Position numbers and translations under genes: made by a program. From a bacterium (GTDB lineage: Bacteria; Babelota; Babeliae; Babelales; GCA-2401785), in the NCBI GenBank assembly GCA_023249975.1, contig JAHFBP010000004.1, positions 4,094 to 68,093 on the forward strand: DNA of 64,000 nt, in the 5' to 3' direction. Under the pieces are notes generated by a model. That model was not told the origin of the DNA. It ran no database searches and worked only from the letters and a program-made list of their open reading frames with translations. Positions 47,709 to 58,312 of the stretch are shown piece after piece (position 1 is the stretch's first letter; each line of letters starts with the position of its first letter).

Positions 47709-49526
47709 CTATCGTTTTAATACGCTCAAAAAAGCTTCCTGAGGCAATTCAACGTTACCAAGCTGTTTCATCTTTTTCTTACCTTTTTTCTGCTTTTCAA
47801 GCAACTTCTTTTTACGCGTGATGTCACCGCCATACAATCCTGCAATCACGTCCTTACGAACCGGAGATACCGTTTCACGCGCCAAAATTTTGGCTCCAAC
47901 TGCCGCTTGAATAGCAACAGGAATTTGTTGGCGATGAATAACTTCCTTCAGGCGTTCAGTGATATTGCGTCCAATGCTGATTGCGCGGTCTTTGTGCACG
48001 ATGAGTGACAAGGCATCAACGCTTTCACCATTGATGAGAATATTCATCAATTGCATATCCGCAGGTGCATAAGGTGTTTCTTCATAGTCGAAACTTGCAT
48101 ATCCAGCACTGCATGATTTGAGCCTGTCGTAAAAGTCCGTCACAATTTCAGAAAGTGGCAGTGCGTAAGTGACAATGACACGATTTTCATCAAGGTACGT
48201 CATGTCTAATTGTATGCCACGATAGTTTTGGCAGAGCGTTAAAATATTACCCAAATATTCTTTTGGTGTAACAATCGTTGCTTTGACCATTGGTTCACGG
48301 ATTTCAGAAATTCTTTGAACTTCAGGGAATTTGGCAGGATTTTCGACCACCATTTCTGTGCCGTTAGTTAAAGTAATTTCATAAGGCACGGTTGGAGCCG
48401 TTGAAATAATTTCTACATCATATTCTTGTTCAAGACGTTGTTTGAACACATCCATGTGCAAAAGGCCCAAAAATCCACAGCGAAAGCCGAGACCCAAAGC
48501 CATTGAAGATTCCGGTTCGACCGTGATACTTGGGTCGTTGAGTGTCAATTTTTCAATCGCATCGCGTACGTTGTCGTATTCGGTTGTTTCAACAGGATAA
48601 ATTCCTGCAAAAACCATCGGCTTGGCTTTTTTAAAACCAGGCAGAGGGGTTACCGGATGTTTTTTATGATAAAACGTATCACCAATATAGGCTTCACGAA
48701 CGGTTTTCATACCCGTAATGATGTAACCCACTTGTCCAGGCAAAAGTCTGTCGGTTGGTGTTGGTTCAGGGAACATAAGTCCAATTTCAAGAACCTCGTA
48801 GCTGTCGCCTGTATGAGCGGCTGTTACAAGGTCACCTTTTCTGACGTGTCCATCCATGACTTCAATCAAGCAGACAATTCCGCGGTAAATATCAAACCAT
48901 GAATCGAACAAAAGAGCCTTGAACGGCTTGGTATCATCAGCTTTTGGTGCGGGGATTCGGTCAATAATTGCACCAAAAATTTCATCAATACCAATTCCAG
49001 CTTTGGCAGAAGCGAGCAAGATTTCATCTTGTTCAACGCCAAAAGCTTTGATCATTTCTTCAGAAACGCGCTCTGGTTGGGCATTGGCCATGTCGATTTT
49101 GTTGATGACCGGAATAATGGTCAAATCTTGATCGAATGCCAAATAAAAGTTCGCCAAAGTTTGTGCCTGAATCCCTTGTGCTGCATCAACCAAGAGCAAT
49201 GAGCCTTGGCATGCGTACAATGATCGTGAAACTTCGTATGTGAAATCCACGTGTCCGGGAGTGTCGATCAAATTGAGCAAATAAGTTTCGCCTTTGTAGG
49301 TATAAAAGAGCGATGCTGTTTGCGCTTTGACCGTAATTCCGCGTTCTTTTTCAACTTGAAGCTTGTCCAAAAATTGTTCATTTCGGGTCCGTGTTGAAAG
49401 GGTGCCTGCTTTTTCGAGCATGCGGTCGGCCAAGGTTGATTTGCCGTGATCGATATGCGCGATGATCGAAAAATTTCGGATCTTGTCAGGCGTAAATTTT
49501 TCTAAGATTTTAAGATATTTTTCCAT
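47709..49526 (-). CDS. lepA: translation elongation factor 4
   Basis: NFSIIAHIDHGKSTLADR and DTPGHVDF, with a LepA-specific C-terminal domain. Confidence 0.95.
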   Translation of the reverse strand: MEKYLKILEKFTPDKIRNFSIIAHIDHGKSTLADRMLEKAGTLSTRTRNEQFLDKLQVEKERGITVKAQTASLFYTYKGETYLLNLIDTPGHVDFTYEVSRSLYACQGSLLLVDAAQGIQAQTLANFYLAFDQDLTIIPVINKIDMANAQPERVSEEMIKAFGVEQDEILLASAKAGIGIDEIFGAIIDRIPAPKADDTKPFKALLFDSWFDIYRGIVCLIEVMDGHVRKGDLVTAAHTGDSYEVLEIGLMFPEPTPTDRLLPGQVGYIITGMKTVREAYIGDTFYHKKHPVTPLPGFKKAKPMVFAGIYPVETTEYDNVRDAIEKLTLNDPSITVEPESSMALGLGFRCGFLGLLHMDVFKQRLEQEYDVEIISTAPTVPYEITLTNGTEMVVENPAKFPEVQRISEIREPMVKATIVTPKEYLGNILTLCQNYRGIQLDMTYLDENRVIVTYALPLSEIVTDFYDRLKSCSAGYASFDYEETPYAPADMQLMNILINGESVDALSLIVHKDRAISIGRNITERLKEVIHRQQIPVAIQAAVGAKILARETVSPVRKDVIAGLYGGDITRKKKLLEKQKKGKKKMKQLGNVELPQEAFLSVLKR

Positions 49527-49573
49527 ACTTTTTTCGATTATGAGTTTTGTGGGCCATTTTTATTTTAAATTTT

Positions 49574-51268
49574 TTACATCTGCTGAGGTTGATCTAATCC
49601 CATCAAATCAAGACAAATTTGCAATGTTTGTCGTACCATCATGGTCAATGCCAATCGGTGCTCAGACCTGGCTGTGTCGGCTGCATCAATCACGCGATTA
49701 TGTGCGTAAAATGAGTGGAATTGTTTGGCAAGTTCGAAGGTGTAAAATGCGAGCATGTGCGTGTGGTAGGTACTCGCAATGGTTTTGAGTATTGATTCAA
49801 GCGAAACAATCTTTTTGATCAAAGCTATTTCATCATTTTCGAACACAAAGTTGTTGGCATTGAGTTTTTTGGATCGCAAATGCATTACAAAGTTTTCAAA
49901 AATAGCTTCTTTTTCAGCCTTTTCCAAAATTGCAAATGTTCTGACAAATGCGTATTGGATGTAATACACAGGATTTTCTTCAGATTTTTTAAGAGCTACA
50001 TCCAAATCAAATTCCAAATGAGCTTCGGCTTTGCGGTTAAGGTAAAAATAACGTGCAACGTCTTTGCCCACGATTTCAATCACACTGGCCAGAGTTTCGA
50101 AATTTCCGGCTCGTTTGGACATTCTGACGAAAACATCACCTTTTTTGATGTGAACCATTTGATACAAAATAACATCAAGCTTGGACGCATCATTGCCCAA
50201 CGCCTGCATGGTTGCCTTCAGTCGTGTGACATAGCCGTGATGATCTTGGCCCATAATGTCGAGAATGTGGTCATAACCTCGATCAAATTTGGTTTGGTGA
50301 TACGCAATATCGGGAGCGATGTAGGTTGGCTCACCCGTTTCTTTGACAAGCACACGATCTTTTTCATCTCCAAATTCAGATGATTTGAACCACAGTGCCC
50401 CATCAGCTTCGTACGTAAAGCCTTTGTCAGTCAGGGCTTGGATTGATTTTTTTAAATCTCCATTGTCATACAAGGAGCGTTCAGAAACCCAATTGTCAAA
50501 AGAGACGCCATAAAGTTGCAAGTCAGATTTGATTAAATTGAGCATTTTTTTGTAGCCATAGTTGATGAAATATTCAACTGGTTCTTCTAAAATCTCCGCA
50601 CCAAATTCATTTTTTAGCTCTTGTGCCACATCCTTCAGGTATTGGCCTTTGTAGCCATCTTCAGGAAAATCAGCTCCCGCGCCTTCCAGTTCTCGGTACA
50701 GTGCCTGAAGTGATCTGCCCAGACGGTGCATTTGGTTGCCGGCGTCATTGATGTAAAATTCTCGGGTGACATCGTGACCAACGAATTTTAAAACTCGGCA
50801 GAGCACGTCGCCAATAATCGCGTTTCGGCCATGAGCTAAATGAAGTGGTCCGGTAGGGTTAGCGCTGACAAATTCAACGAGGTAGCGTTTTTTTTCAGAA
50901 TCGGCGATTTGGCAATCAGCTTCAGGTGTATCCAAAAGCTCTTGGCAGATGGTTCCCCAGAGTTTTTTGTCAAAAGTAATGTTCAAAAAACCAGGTCCAG
51001 CAATTTCAATAGAACTGATAGAACTTAATGGTTTCTCTGTTTTGGCACGTTCGAGCAATTCAGTTTTGAGCTTGTTGGCCAAGTCTTTGGGCGCAGTTTG
51101 AGTGATTTTTGATAAAACCAGCGCTGCGTTACAGCTGACATCACCAAACTCTGACCCCTTGTCGACGTTTAATGTTACATCAACTTTGTCCAAGCGGTCG
51201 CGACTAATGCCAAGAATTGATGCAAGAGCACTGATGATGTCGTGACGAAGGGCAATCAAGGTTTTCAT
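49574..51268 (-). CDS. argS: arginine--tRNA ligase
   Basis: SANPTGPLHLAHGRN (HIGH region), 564 aa, and a DALR-type C-terminus ending in M. Confidence 0.93.
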   Translation of the reverse strand: MKTLIALRHDIISALASILGISRDRLDKVDVTLNVDKGSEFGDVSCNAALVLSKITQTAPKDLANKLKTELLERAKTEKPLSSISSIEIAGPGFLNITFDKKLWGTICQELLDTPEADCQIADSEKKRYLVEFVSANPTGPLHLAHGRNAIIGDVLCRVLKFVGHDVTREFYINDAGNQMHRLGRSLQALYRELEGAGADFPEDGYKGQYLKDVAQELKNEFGAEILEEPVEYFINYGYKKMLNLIKSDLQLYGVSFDNWVSERSLYDNGDLKKSIQALTDKGFTYEADGALWFKSSEFGDEKDRVLVKETGEPTYIAPDIAYHQTKFDRGYDHILDIMGQDHHGYVTRLKATMQALGNDASKLDVILYQMVHIKKGDVFVRMSKRAGNFETLASVIEIVGKDVARYFYLNRKAEAHLEFDLDVALKKSEENPVYYIQYAFVRTFAILEKAEKEAIFENFVMHLRSKKLNANNFVFENDEIALIKKIVSLESILKTIASTYHTHMLAFYTFELAKQFHSFYAHNRVIDAADTARSEHRLALTMMVRQTLQICLDLMGLDQPQQM

Positions 51269-51464
51269 AAAAGGGCCTTTTTGAGTGATAAACAGCTTGA
51301 GACTATGCAGATGTATTCAGTATACCGCAGGATCTGAACTTTGAGAATATCCAGAAAGGTTGTTGTTTTTTATAAAAAACCGTGATTTTTAAAGTTTTTT
51401 TATAAAAAAATTTCTTTTAAGGCAAGTTGAAGAGAGTAATTATTGTTTCTGCGTGATATTCATA

Positions 51465-52934
51465 ATGAATTTTATACATAAAAAACTTTGGCTTGCTGTG
51501 CTTTTGATAATTTCGCCCTCTTTTTGTTTCACTGTGCCGCCATGTGGCTTTGATCATGAAGAACTAAATAAACAGTCGATGCGATTGCTTGCCGAAAATA
51601 GGGCAATTGCTCTTCAAAATGAGGCACTTGCGGCTCAAAATGTAACATTAAGAGCGAATGCTACAACTCTAAAAAATAATTACACACAAGCTAAGGCTGC
51701 GTATGAAGAAAGGCACAGTTTGCTTTTGATGCAACGTGATAAAATTCTAGAACTCGAGACTCTTGTAAAAAGTCAGAATGGAGTTATGGCTGTCATGGAA
51801 AAAAGGTCTCAAGAGCATCAATCTGCAAGGGATGCAACAAAAAAATATCTGGATCGAATTAAAGCTCAAAATACAGAGATCTTAGATTTGAAAAATGAGA
51901 TTGCGCAATTGAAGGCTCGTTCCGATTCATATCTTTCTTCGCAAGACACCATTGTGAGCTCTGCAAGAGAAGATTTGCGGTGTGAATTTGAGGAAATGTA
52001 CAACGTTAAGATTGGTGAATATCATGAATCACAAGACCGGTTGCGCTGTGAACAAGTCCGATTGTGCAGTGAAAATGAAAAGCAACGTGTGCAGATTCAA
52101 GACTTGCAAGTGGCTTTGGACCGGGCCTCTGAGAAAATTATGGAAAATGAACCAGTAATTAAATTGGGAAAAGAAAAATGTGATGAGGCAACCAAAAGAG
52201 AGGAGCTTGCAACGAGAAGGGCTCTTGATGCAGAAGCTCAGAATCAAGAGTTGCGCCAAATGATAGGACGGATTCAGATTGAACGAGCAACGTGTTTGAG
52301 CGAGCAAAAAAGTCGGGAAGAATTGGAGCGCGCGTTTAAGGCTCTTAGTTTAGAGGTTTGTGGAGGCAAAAAAAATAGTGCTAATCTGCAAGGGGAAATT
52401 CGTGAACTTAAAAAGCAAAATCACGAATTAGATAGAGGCTTGAAAAATTTACAAGCTCGATATAAAGCCCAGAGTAAAGAGCTAGGTGATTTTAAGGGCT
52501 GGCGTTATCAGTTTTACAAGGATGATTACAAAAATCGCATGAAGCATATTGATAACACGGTCAGATGTCATGCATATATGGGCAGAATAGATCGCCTCTG
52601 GATAAACTTTTTGCAGGATCGCGACATTCATAAGTTTTTTGCTTCTCATTATATTTTAATGGTCTGCTATCAAGACAAAATGGATTTAGATCACTTTGTA
52701 AATTATGGACATAGAGAATCTTATCTGGAATCTTTGAAAAAGTTCCTAGGCAGCACTGATATTTTTGATAGTGAATCGCGTGACGCAATTATGAGCTGTG
52801 CCGAAGATTATTTTTGTAATCAAATTGTTGTATCGCACTTTGAATCTTCAATGTTTGAGTCAGATGACAATAGTGATGACGATGATGTTAAAGTGCTGCT
52901 TGAGAAGGCCTCCTTTAAAAGACTTCGCAATTGA
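51465..52934 (+). CDS. secreted long coiled-coil protein with globular acidic-ended C-terminal domain
   Basis: Signal-like MNFIHKKLWLAVLLIISPSFC. About 300 aa of heptad-like Q/E/K/L-rich sequence, then a Cys/aromatic-rich segment and a DDNSDDDD tail. Confidence 0.65.
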   Translation: MNFIHKKLWLAVLLIISPSFCFTVPPCGFDHEELNKQSMRLLAENRAIALQNEALAAQNVTLRANATTLKNNYTQAKAAYEERHSLLLMQRDKILELETLVKSQNGVMAVMEKRSQEHQSARDATKKYLDRIKAQNTEILDLKNEIAQLKARSDSYLSSQDTIVSSAREDLRCEFEEMYNVKIGEYHESQDRLRCEQVRLCSENEKQRVQIQDLQVALDRASEKIMENEPVIKLGKEKCDEATKREELATRRALDAEAQNQELRQMIGRIQIERATCLSEQKSREELERAFKALSLEVCGGKKNSANLQGEIRELKKQNHELDRGLKNLQARYKAQSKELGDFKGWRYQFYKDDYKNRMKHIDNTVRCHAYMGRIDRLWINFLQDRDIHKFFASHYILMVCYQDKMDLDHFVNYGHRESYLESLKKFLGSTDIFDSESRDAIMSCAEDYFCNQIVVSHFESSMFESDDNSDDDDVKVLLEKASFKRLRN

Positions 52935-53167
52935 GAGTCTTGTGAAAGGCAAAAAGCTGTCGTGATGAACTTGAAAAAAATGGACTGAGATATTTCACAA
53001 TAACCCTATCTGAAACATGTCAAAACAAACCAGGCAAGTCCAAGAGCTGGATGATTTGTTGAGTTTTGTTCGAATACTGCGGTCCAAACTCTTTACTTTT
53101 CCTCTGGGGTATTGTTACAGTTTGAATTAGGTCGAGTGCGCAATATTGGAATTTGATGGAGCTAGAT

Positions 53168-53881
53168 ATGAAAAAACTTATACAAGTTAAAATGGTTTAT
53201 GGATTCTTGGCCATTTGTTTGCTCGGGAATTTTAATCTATGTGCTGCAACTTTGGACGAACAAGCTACTGATATCGCTGGGCAGCTGGAAGGGGTTAAAG
53301 AACGAATTGATGAGGCAAATCTTGCGCGAAAGGTCAGCGCAGATGGCACTCTCATTAAAGATTCCCAAGGTAATTTTGTAAAAAATATGGATAAAAAAGG
53401 GCTTGAGGCTTTTTTGTCAAAAGATAAAGCTGCAAGAGAATATCTCCAGAAAGTGGAGAGTATTCAAAGTAAGGTTTCAGGTGCAGATAAAATAACACTG
53501 AGGTCTCTTTTAGAGACAAAGGTCAATGAAAATCTTCTTGCTCATTATGATAACACAGCGAGGTACCTCAAGCCTGTAGCCGCTGCAAAGCGGTTTGCAA
53601 CAGACGAAGAAAAAATACAATCAGCGGATGTCAATAAAAAAAACAACAGTAAAGTCAAGGCTGCAGTGGATAAGCTGCTTTTAGAGAGAAATAAAAAATC
53701 AGAAACACCAACAAACCGTAGAAAAAAAGCTTCTGGTTCTGACACGAGTAGTAATGCAAGTGATGCAAGCGATATCAGCGGAACATCTACGGAGTCAATG
53801 CGAAGTAAGAGGTCGCTCACAGAAGGCCATCAAGCTGCACCGCTTCATAAAGGACCTGCTCGTCGTATAATCAAACAATAA
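53168..53881 (+). CDS. secreted hypothetical protein with Ser-rich basic tail
   Basis: MKKLIQVKMVYGFLAICLLGNFNLCAA and C-terminal SGSDTSSNASDASDISGTSTES. Confidence 0.6.
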   Translation: MKKLIQVKMVYGFLAICLLGNFNLCAATLDEQATDIAGQLEGVKERIDEANLARKVSADGTLIKDSQGNFVKNMDKKGLEAFLSKDKAAREYLQKVESIQSKVSGADKITLRSLLETKVNENLLAHYDNTARYLKPVAAAKRFATDEEKIQSADVNKKNNSKVKAAVDKLLLERNKKSETPTNRRKKASGSDTSSNASDASDISGTSTESMRSKRSLTEGHQAAPLHKGPARRIIKQ

Positions 53882-53907
53882 ATAACTTAAGAAATTTTTA
53901 ATAATTC

Positions 53908-53941
53908 AGGAGCTTCATTTCTTGGGGCTCCTTTTTTTTTG
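53908..53941 (+). terminator. rho-independent terminator
   Basis: AGGAGC-13 nt-GCTCCT followed by T9. Confidence 0.7.
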
Positions 53942-53995
53942 AGTATACTTGAATTCGGCTTAAATTCTCTGATTTTTTTTAAAAGTAGATTTTTC

Positions 53996-55750
53996 ATGGA
54001 ATTTTCTCATAATCGCCATGAACTGGCCGTTCGTATGCGGCGCATTCAGGTTGTGATTGCGTTTTTGACTCTTATTCCGTGCGTGATTATTGGGCGCCTT
54101 GTGTGGATGCAGCTCATTCAGGGCGATATTTGTCATGCGCGAGGTTTGCAAAATTTTATGCGCACCGAGCAGATTCAGCCGCTGCGGGGGCGTATTCTCG
54201 ATTGCAATGGTCAGGAATTGGTAACCAATCAGTTTTCGTACGATGTGCATTACAATGGCCTGGGGAATCTGCAATTGTGCGATTCGATTATTGCAGCATT
54301 GCAAGCCATTGTTCCCATTGATCTTGATGGTGATCTAGAAGCTCTGAAAAATGCCGAAAAACGAAAAAAAACAATTCTCCTCAAGCACGATGTGCCATTT
54401 GCGCTTATTTGTCAGTTAAGTGAGCATCACCTTTTGGCCAGTCGTATTACCGTTTCTCGTCATCCCATGCGCTCATATCCGCATGGTACCAGTGCGTGCC
54501 ACGTGCTGGGGTATTTGCAACGCGCATCGGCAAGCAATTCTGTCATTGGCAAAGAGGGGCTGGAGCGTCATTTTGAGACGGGTCTTTCGGGTGATGTGGG
54601 ATCTGTGCGCAAAATTGTGGATGCCAAGGGCAAGCGGCAGGCTTGTGAAATTGTCAACCAGGCTCACGACGGGCAAGATATCCCATTGACGCTCGACGGA
54701 CACCTTCAGCGTTGCGCCGAGTCGATTTTTGAGTCATTGCCGGTCGCTTACCAGGTTGGAGCCTATCAAGCAGGCGCCTGTGTGGTGCTTGATCCGAGCA
54801 ATGGTGCTATTAAGGTTATGTTGTCATCTCCTCGCTTTGATCCAAACCAGTTTTTGGCATCAATTTCTCATGAAGCCTGGAATCGCGATTTTATTCAGGG
54901 GAATGCGCTTTTAAATCGTTCAATTCAGGCAATGTATCCTCCAGCTTCAATTTTCAAATTAGTGACATTTGCTGCTGCGCTTGAAAAAGGTGTAATCAAT
55001 TCAGAGACTGAGTTTGAATGTACGGGATCGGTGACGTGTGGCGGCAGGCCTTATTACTGCATTCGGCGGTGGGGGCATGGCATGGTGACGGCCACTTCAT
55101 CTCTGGCGTATTCATGTAATTGTTTTTCGTATCGCGTTGCAGAATTAATGAATATTGACGATTTTGCCGATTTTGCCCATCGATTGGGCCTTGGTGAGCC
55201 GACAGGATGCGTTTTGCCCGAAAAAAGTGGACTCATTCCCACATCAGAATGGAAGCGACGGATTAAGCATGAGCCGTGGTGGAAGGGTGAAACTTTGTCA
55301 GCCAGCATAGGGCAAAGTTTTTTGCTGGTCACTCCTCTGCAGGTTGTGCGGATGATATCAGCGCTTTTCCAAGGATATTTGGTGCGTCCGCGATTACTCA
55401 AAAATGAAGCAGTTGATTGCAGTCCTTTGCATGTTTCTTCGGAAATACGAGAATTGTTAATGAGTGGGCTGCGTGAAGCGACTCGCGTGGGGACGGCAAA
55501 AGCATTGGGGAAATTGCAGGACTTTGAGGTGTATGCAAAAACAGGAACAGCTCAGGTTGGAACGCTTGATCAGTCGCAATCGGGCAATGTGATGTATCGT
55601 GAACATGGATGGTGTGTTGCATATTTTCGTTACAAAAATTTTCATCCACTTGCAATGGTGGTACTTCTTGAGCATGTCGGGCGCTCCAGGCCAGCTGTTT
55701 TGGTGGTTGAGCAGTTTATGAAATTCTATCGAGATTACTGTGAGTCATGA
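53996..55750 (+). CDS. mrdA: penicillin-binding protein 2 (elongasome transpeptidase)
   Basis: N-terminal TM segment. SxxK (ASIFK), SxN (YSCN) and KTGTA motifs. Confidence 0.9.
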   Translation: MEFSHNRHELAVRMRRIQVVIAFLTLIPCVIIGRLVWMQLIQGDICHARGLQNFMRTEQIQPLRGRILDCNGQELVTNQFSYDVHYNGLGNLQLCDSIIAALQAIVPIDLDGDLEALKNAEKRKKTILLKHDVPFALICQLSEHHLLASRITVSRHPMRSYPHGTSACHVLGYLQRASASNSVIGKEGLERHFETGLSGDVGSVRKIVDAKGKRQACEIVNQAHDGQDIPLTLDGHLQRCAESIFESLPVAYQVGAYQAGACVVLDPSNGAIKVMLSSPRFDPNQFLASISHEAWNRDFIQGNALLNRSIQAMYPPASIFKLVTFAAALEKGVINSETEFECTGSVTCGGRPYYCIRRWGHGMVTATSSLAYSCNCFSYRVAELMNIDDFADFAHRLGLGEPTGCVLPEKSGLIPTSEWKRRIKHEPWWKGETLSASIGQSFLLVTPLQVVRMISALFQGYLVRPRLLKNEAVDCSPLHVSSEIRELLMSGLREATRVGTAKALGKLQDFEVYAKTGTAQVGTLDQSQSGNVMYREHGWCVAYFRYKNFHPLAMVVLLEHVGRSRPAVLVVEQFMKFYRDYCES

Positions 55751-55788
55751 TATACTTTGAAGATCAAAATTTTTGCAAAGAGGGGACA

Positions 55789-56970
55789 ATCATGAGTGAA
55801 GAAAAAAAAGCACCAAAGGGCTCAGTTAAAGGAAACTTTTTGCTCTTTTTTGCATTTGACGTTGGCGATGAAATTGATTTGCTTCAATTGCGAAGGCGCC
55901 GCTTGGTGCCGGTTACAGTGCCTCAGGTGTCATCATATTTTAAAAATTATCACAAGCCATTAGCCTTTGATGTAGCTGATTGTTACGAAGGAGGGGCTGC
56001 CTCAAGAACAGATTGTGTCTCGAGTAAAGTACATACTTTTGGGGTCATCTCGTTTTGCTACAAAGTTCCATTTGCCGGTTCTTTGGAAGATGCTAAGTCA
56101 AAATTTATTGAAATTTATGATCAGTATTCAGCAACAAGTAAACAAGATGCTTTGGCCGTATTTAGTACTATTAAGGATGCGATTATTCGACCATCATTTT
56201 TTAATTTACGTGGTGAATATTTTGGGGTTCAAGTTGATCCAGTTTCTGGGTTAGATCCAGCAGAATTTAAGGAAATGTACGCACAAAACATTGCCTCGCT
56301 GATTCGTTTTGAGCGAGAGTCACTTTCTGAGTATCAACAAGATGCCATTCTTTCTTCGTCAACCGGATATTACGGTGAAGATATGGTGGTAATTGATGGC
56401 CAGGCCGCGTTTGTTTATGATTTTGAATACTTTGAATTGATCGAGTTTTTTGAGTCAGCCACTATTCAACGGCTTGAATTGCAATACTTTGATCGCCTTT
56501 TAGATCGTAAATTAAATCAATTTTACAGTGGTGATCGACTTCATATTGAGAGTTATCGTTCATACATTCCGATGCTCAAAGCAAAAGAAGACCGGCTGGT
56601 GGAAGAGCTTGCGCGTTTGCGTGTGGATATTTCAGTAATAGTAGATCGTCTTGAAGGTGGGTTTAAGCTTTCGGGCGACCCGTATTACGAAGAAGTGTAT
56701 TCCATGTTGGTCAACAAAATGCAGATCAAGGACTGGAAAGAGTCAGTTGCCAACAAACTCGAGATTGTACAGGATTTGTGTGGCATCCATAAGTACAAAA
56801 TGGAAACACTGCGCATGGAGATTCTGACCATTGTGATTATCGTTCTTGTGGCACTTGAAGCGTGGTTTGCATTTGCTCGAGATCATAAACCTGTCGACTC
56901 TGTGGCGACCAATGTTGTTGCTGCGCAGATAGTTGAAGAGGAAGAAGAGCACATAAACCTGAGAGATTAG
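55789..56970 (+). CDS. RMD1/DUF155-like protein with single C-terminal TM helix (tentative)
   Basis: C-terminal ...SGDPYYEEVYSMLVNKMQIKDWKESVANKLEIVQDL...MEILTIVIIVLVALEAWF resembles the RMD1-family end (LEw-IIiLI-Ei). It lies immediately after mrdA, where rodA is often found. Confidence 0.4.
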   Translation: MMSEEKKAPKGSVKGNFLLFFAFDVGDEIDLLQLRRRRLVPVTVPQVSSYFKNYHKPLAFDVADCYEGGAASRTDCVSSKVHTFGVISFCYKVPFAGSLEDAKSKFIEIYDQYSATSKQDALAVFSTIKDAIIRPSFFNLRGEYFGVQVDPVSGLDPAEFKEMYAQNIASLIRFERESLSEYQQDAILSSSTGYYGEDMVVIDGQAAFVYDFEYFELIEFFESATIQRLELQYFDRLLDRKLNQFYSGDRLHIESYRSYIPMLKAKEDRLVEELARLRVDISVIVDRLEGGFKLSGDPYYEEVYSMLVNKMQIKDWKESVANKLEIVQDLCGIHKYKMETLRMEILTIVIIVLVALEAWFAFARDHKPVDSVATNVVAAQIVEEEEEHINLRD

Positions 56971-57051
56971 TCAATTTCAGTAGATTTTTAGCGGTTTATT
57001 TGGTAAAAATAAGATTCATACATTTTTGATGTATGCTTTTTATATGGATAT

Positions 57052-57128
57052 GCGCCCGTAGCTCAATTGGATAGAGTACCGGACTTCGAATCCGTAGGTT
57101 GCAGGTTCGAGTCCTGCCGGGCGCACCA
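57052..57128 (+). tRNA. tRNA-Arg(TCG)
   Basis: GCGCCCG acceptor, anticodon loop CTTCGAA, T-arm GCAGG-TTCGAGT-CCTGC, CCA. Confidence 0.9.
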
Positions 57129-57156
57129 GTTTTCCCATAATCAAAATATTCTTCAT

Positions 57157-57233
57157 GTGCCTATAGCTCAGGTGGATAGAGCGAGTGATTCCTAATCGCT
57201 AGGCCACAGGTTCGAGTCCTGTTAGGCACACCA
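57157..57233 (+). tRNA. tRNA-Arg(CCT)
   Basis: GTGCCTA acceptor, anticodon stem AGTGA/TCGCT, loop TTCCTAA, T-arm ACAGG-TTCGAGT-CCTGT, CCA. Confidence 0.9.
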
Positions 57234-57273
57234 GGCTACGCTCTAATGAACTACGCTTGGTACGCCATGGTAA

Positions 57274-58104
57274 TCAATATTGAATAACATCGCATTCAGC
57301 GGGCACTGCTGCTCGAATTTGATTCTGTATTTCTTCAGAAAAATGTGCGAAATATATTTTGAGCGATCGCAGATGAGTCAGTTGCTGTAGTGCTATGATC
57401 AAATACTCTATGAACTCTCTACCCGCCTTTGTTCTTTGGTTGGGGATGGCATAGAGTTCCAGTTCTTGAAGAGTCGTCAACTGAGCCAGAATCTTGGCAA
57501 ATTCAATAGTTGTTTCATGATTTTGATCGCAAAGGGTAAGTTTTAAGGATTTAATAACTGAGTTATGCTGCATCCCAGAAAGAAGTAATTCAAAAAATTC
57601 TGGATCTGTGCCAGGTATATTTAAGTGTTCAGATAGGGCGCTTTTTTGAAAAATGAATTCTTCGTGAAGACAGCGTATATAAAGTTCATGTAATGAAAGG
57701 GGATAGTTGTCTTTGAGAACAAGGGCTTTTTCTTTAAGACTATGAATAAGCTCTCGATTATTTAATGCGTTCTCGAATTCGGTTCGTTCCAACAGTTGGT
57801 TGCGTTCTCCCGTTTCTTCAAGTTCATTGTCATACGCTTCTTGTCTCAGCTCTCTTTCAAAGTCAGCTTCTAAGGCATCGTATTCTTCGTCTTCGGGGTC
57901 AGAAAGCTCTTCTCTTTCAAATTCACCATCAGATGTATCGTCAAAAAAAGTTTGATTGTTATCCAAAATATTATTTTCTATATTTTCAATTCCATGCTCG
58001 AGATCTGGTAAGTCGAGAAGAGGGAGTCTGTTGCACGAAGCGCCTTCAAGAATAACTGGTGAGGATAGTGCTAGTATATTCAAGGCTAAAAATAATTTTT
58101 TCAT
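57274..58104 (-). CDS. secreted acidic-linker + LRR-cap family protein
   Basis: MKKLFLALNILALSSP, acidic FEREELSDPEDEE, LRR-like LQELELYAIP and LRSLKIYFAHF, and cap IRAAVPAECDVIQY. Confidence 0.7.
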   Translation of the reverse strand: MKKLFLALNILALSSPVILEGASCNRLPLLDLPDLEHGIENIENNILDNNQTFFDDTSDGEFEREELSDPEDEEYDALEADFERELRQEAYDNELEETGERNQLLERTEFENALNNRELIHSLKEKALVLKDNYPLSLHELYIRCLHEEFIFQKSALSEHLNIPGTDPEFFELLLSGMQHNSVIKSLKLTLCDQNHETTIEFAKILAQLTTLQELELYAIPNQRTKAGREFIEYLIIALQQLTHLRSLKIYFAHFSEEIQNQIRAAVPAECDVIQY

Positions 58105-58312
58105 TAATGCGTGTTCGTCGGCAGGAGGCCAATTAAAAATCATATCAAATTTTCTTATAAGTCTTTAGGATGCCAGCATATTAAAAGATTTTCAAAAAAA
58201 GTGATTTTCATGTTAAAAATGATGTTTTTTGTCGAGATTTCGTTATTTTTAACCCAGTTTGGTCAGGTTCATCCATTAATTATGATCAAGGAAAATAATT
58301 GATAGTAGCTTC

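Noticed and set aside
51330-51452. AT-rich palindromic tract (TTTTTTATAAAAAA twice) between divergent argS and the coiled-coil gene, as a possible origin-unwinding element or regulatory site.
   Set aside because: It is simple AT-rich divergent-promoter sequence with no associated initiator boxes, and nothing distinguishes it from the background composition of intergenic DNA here.
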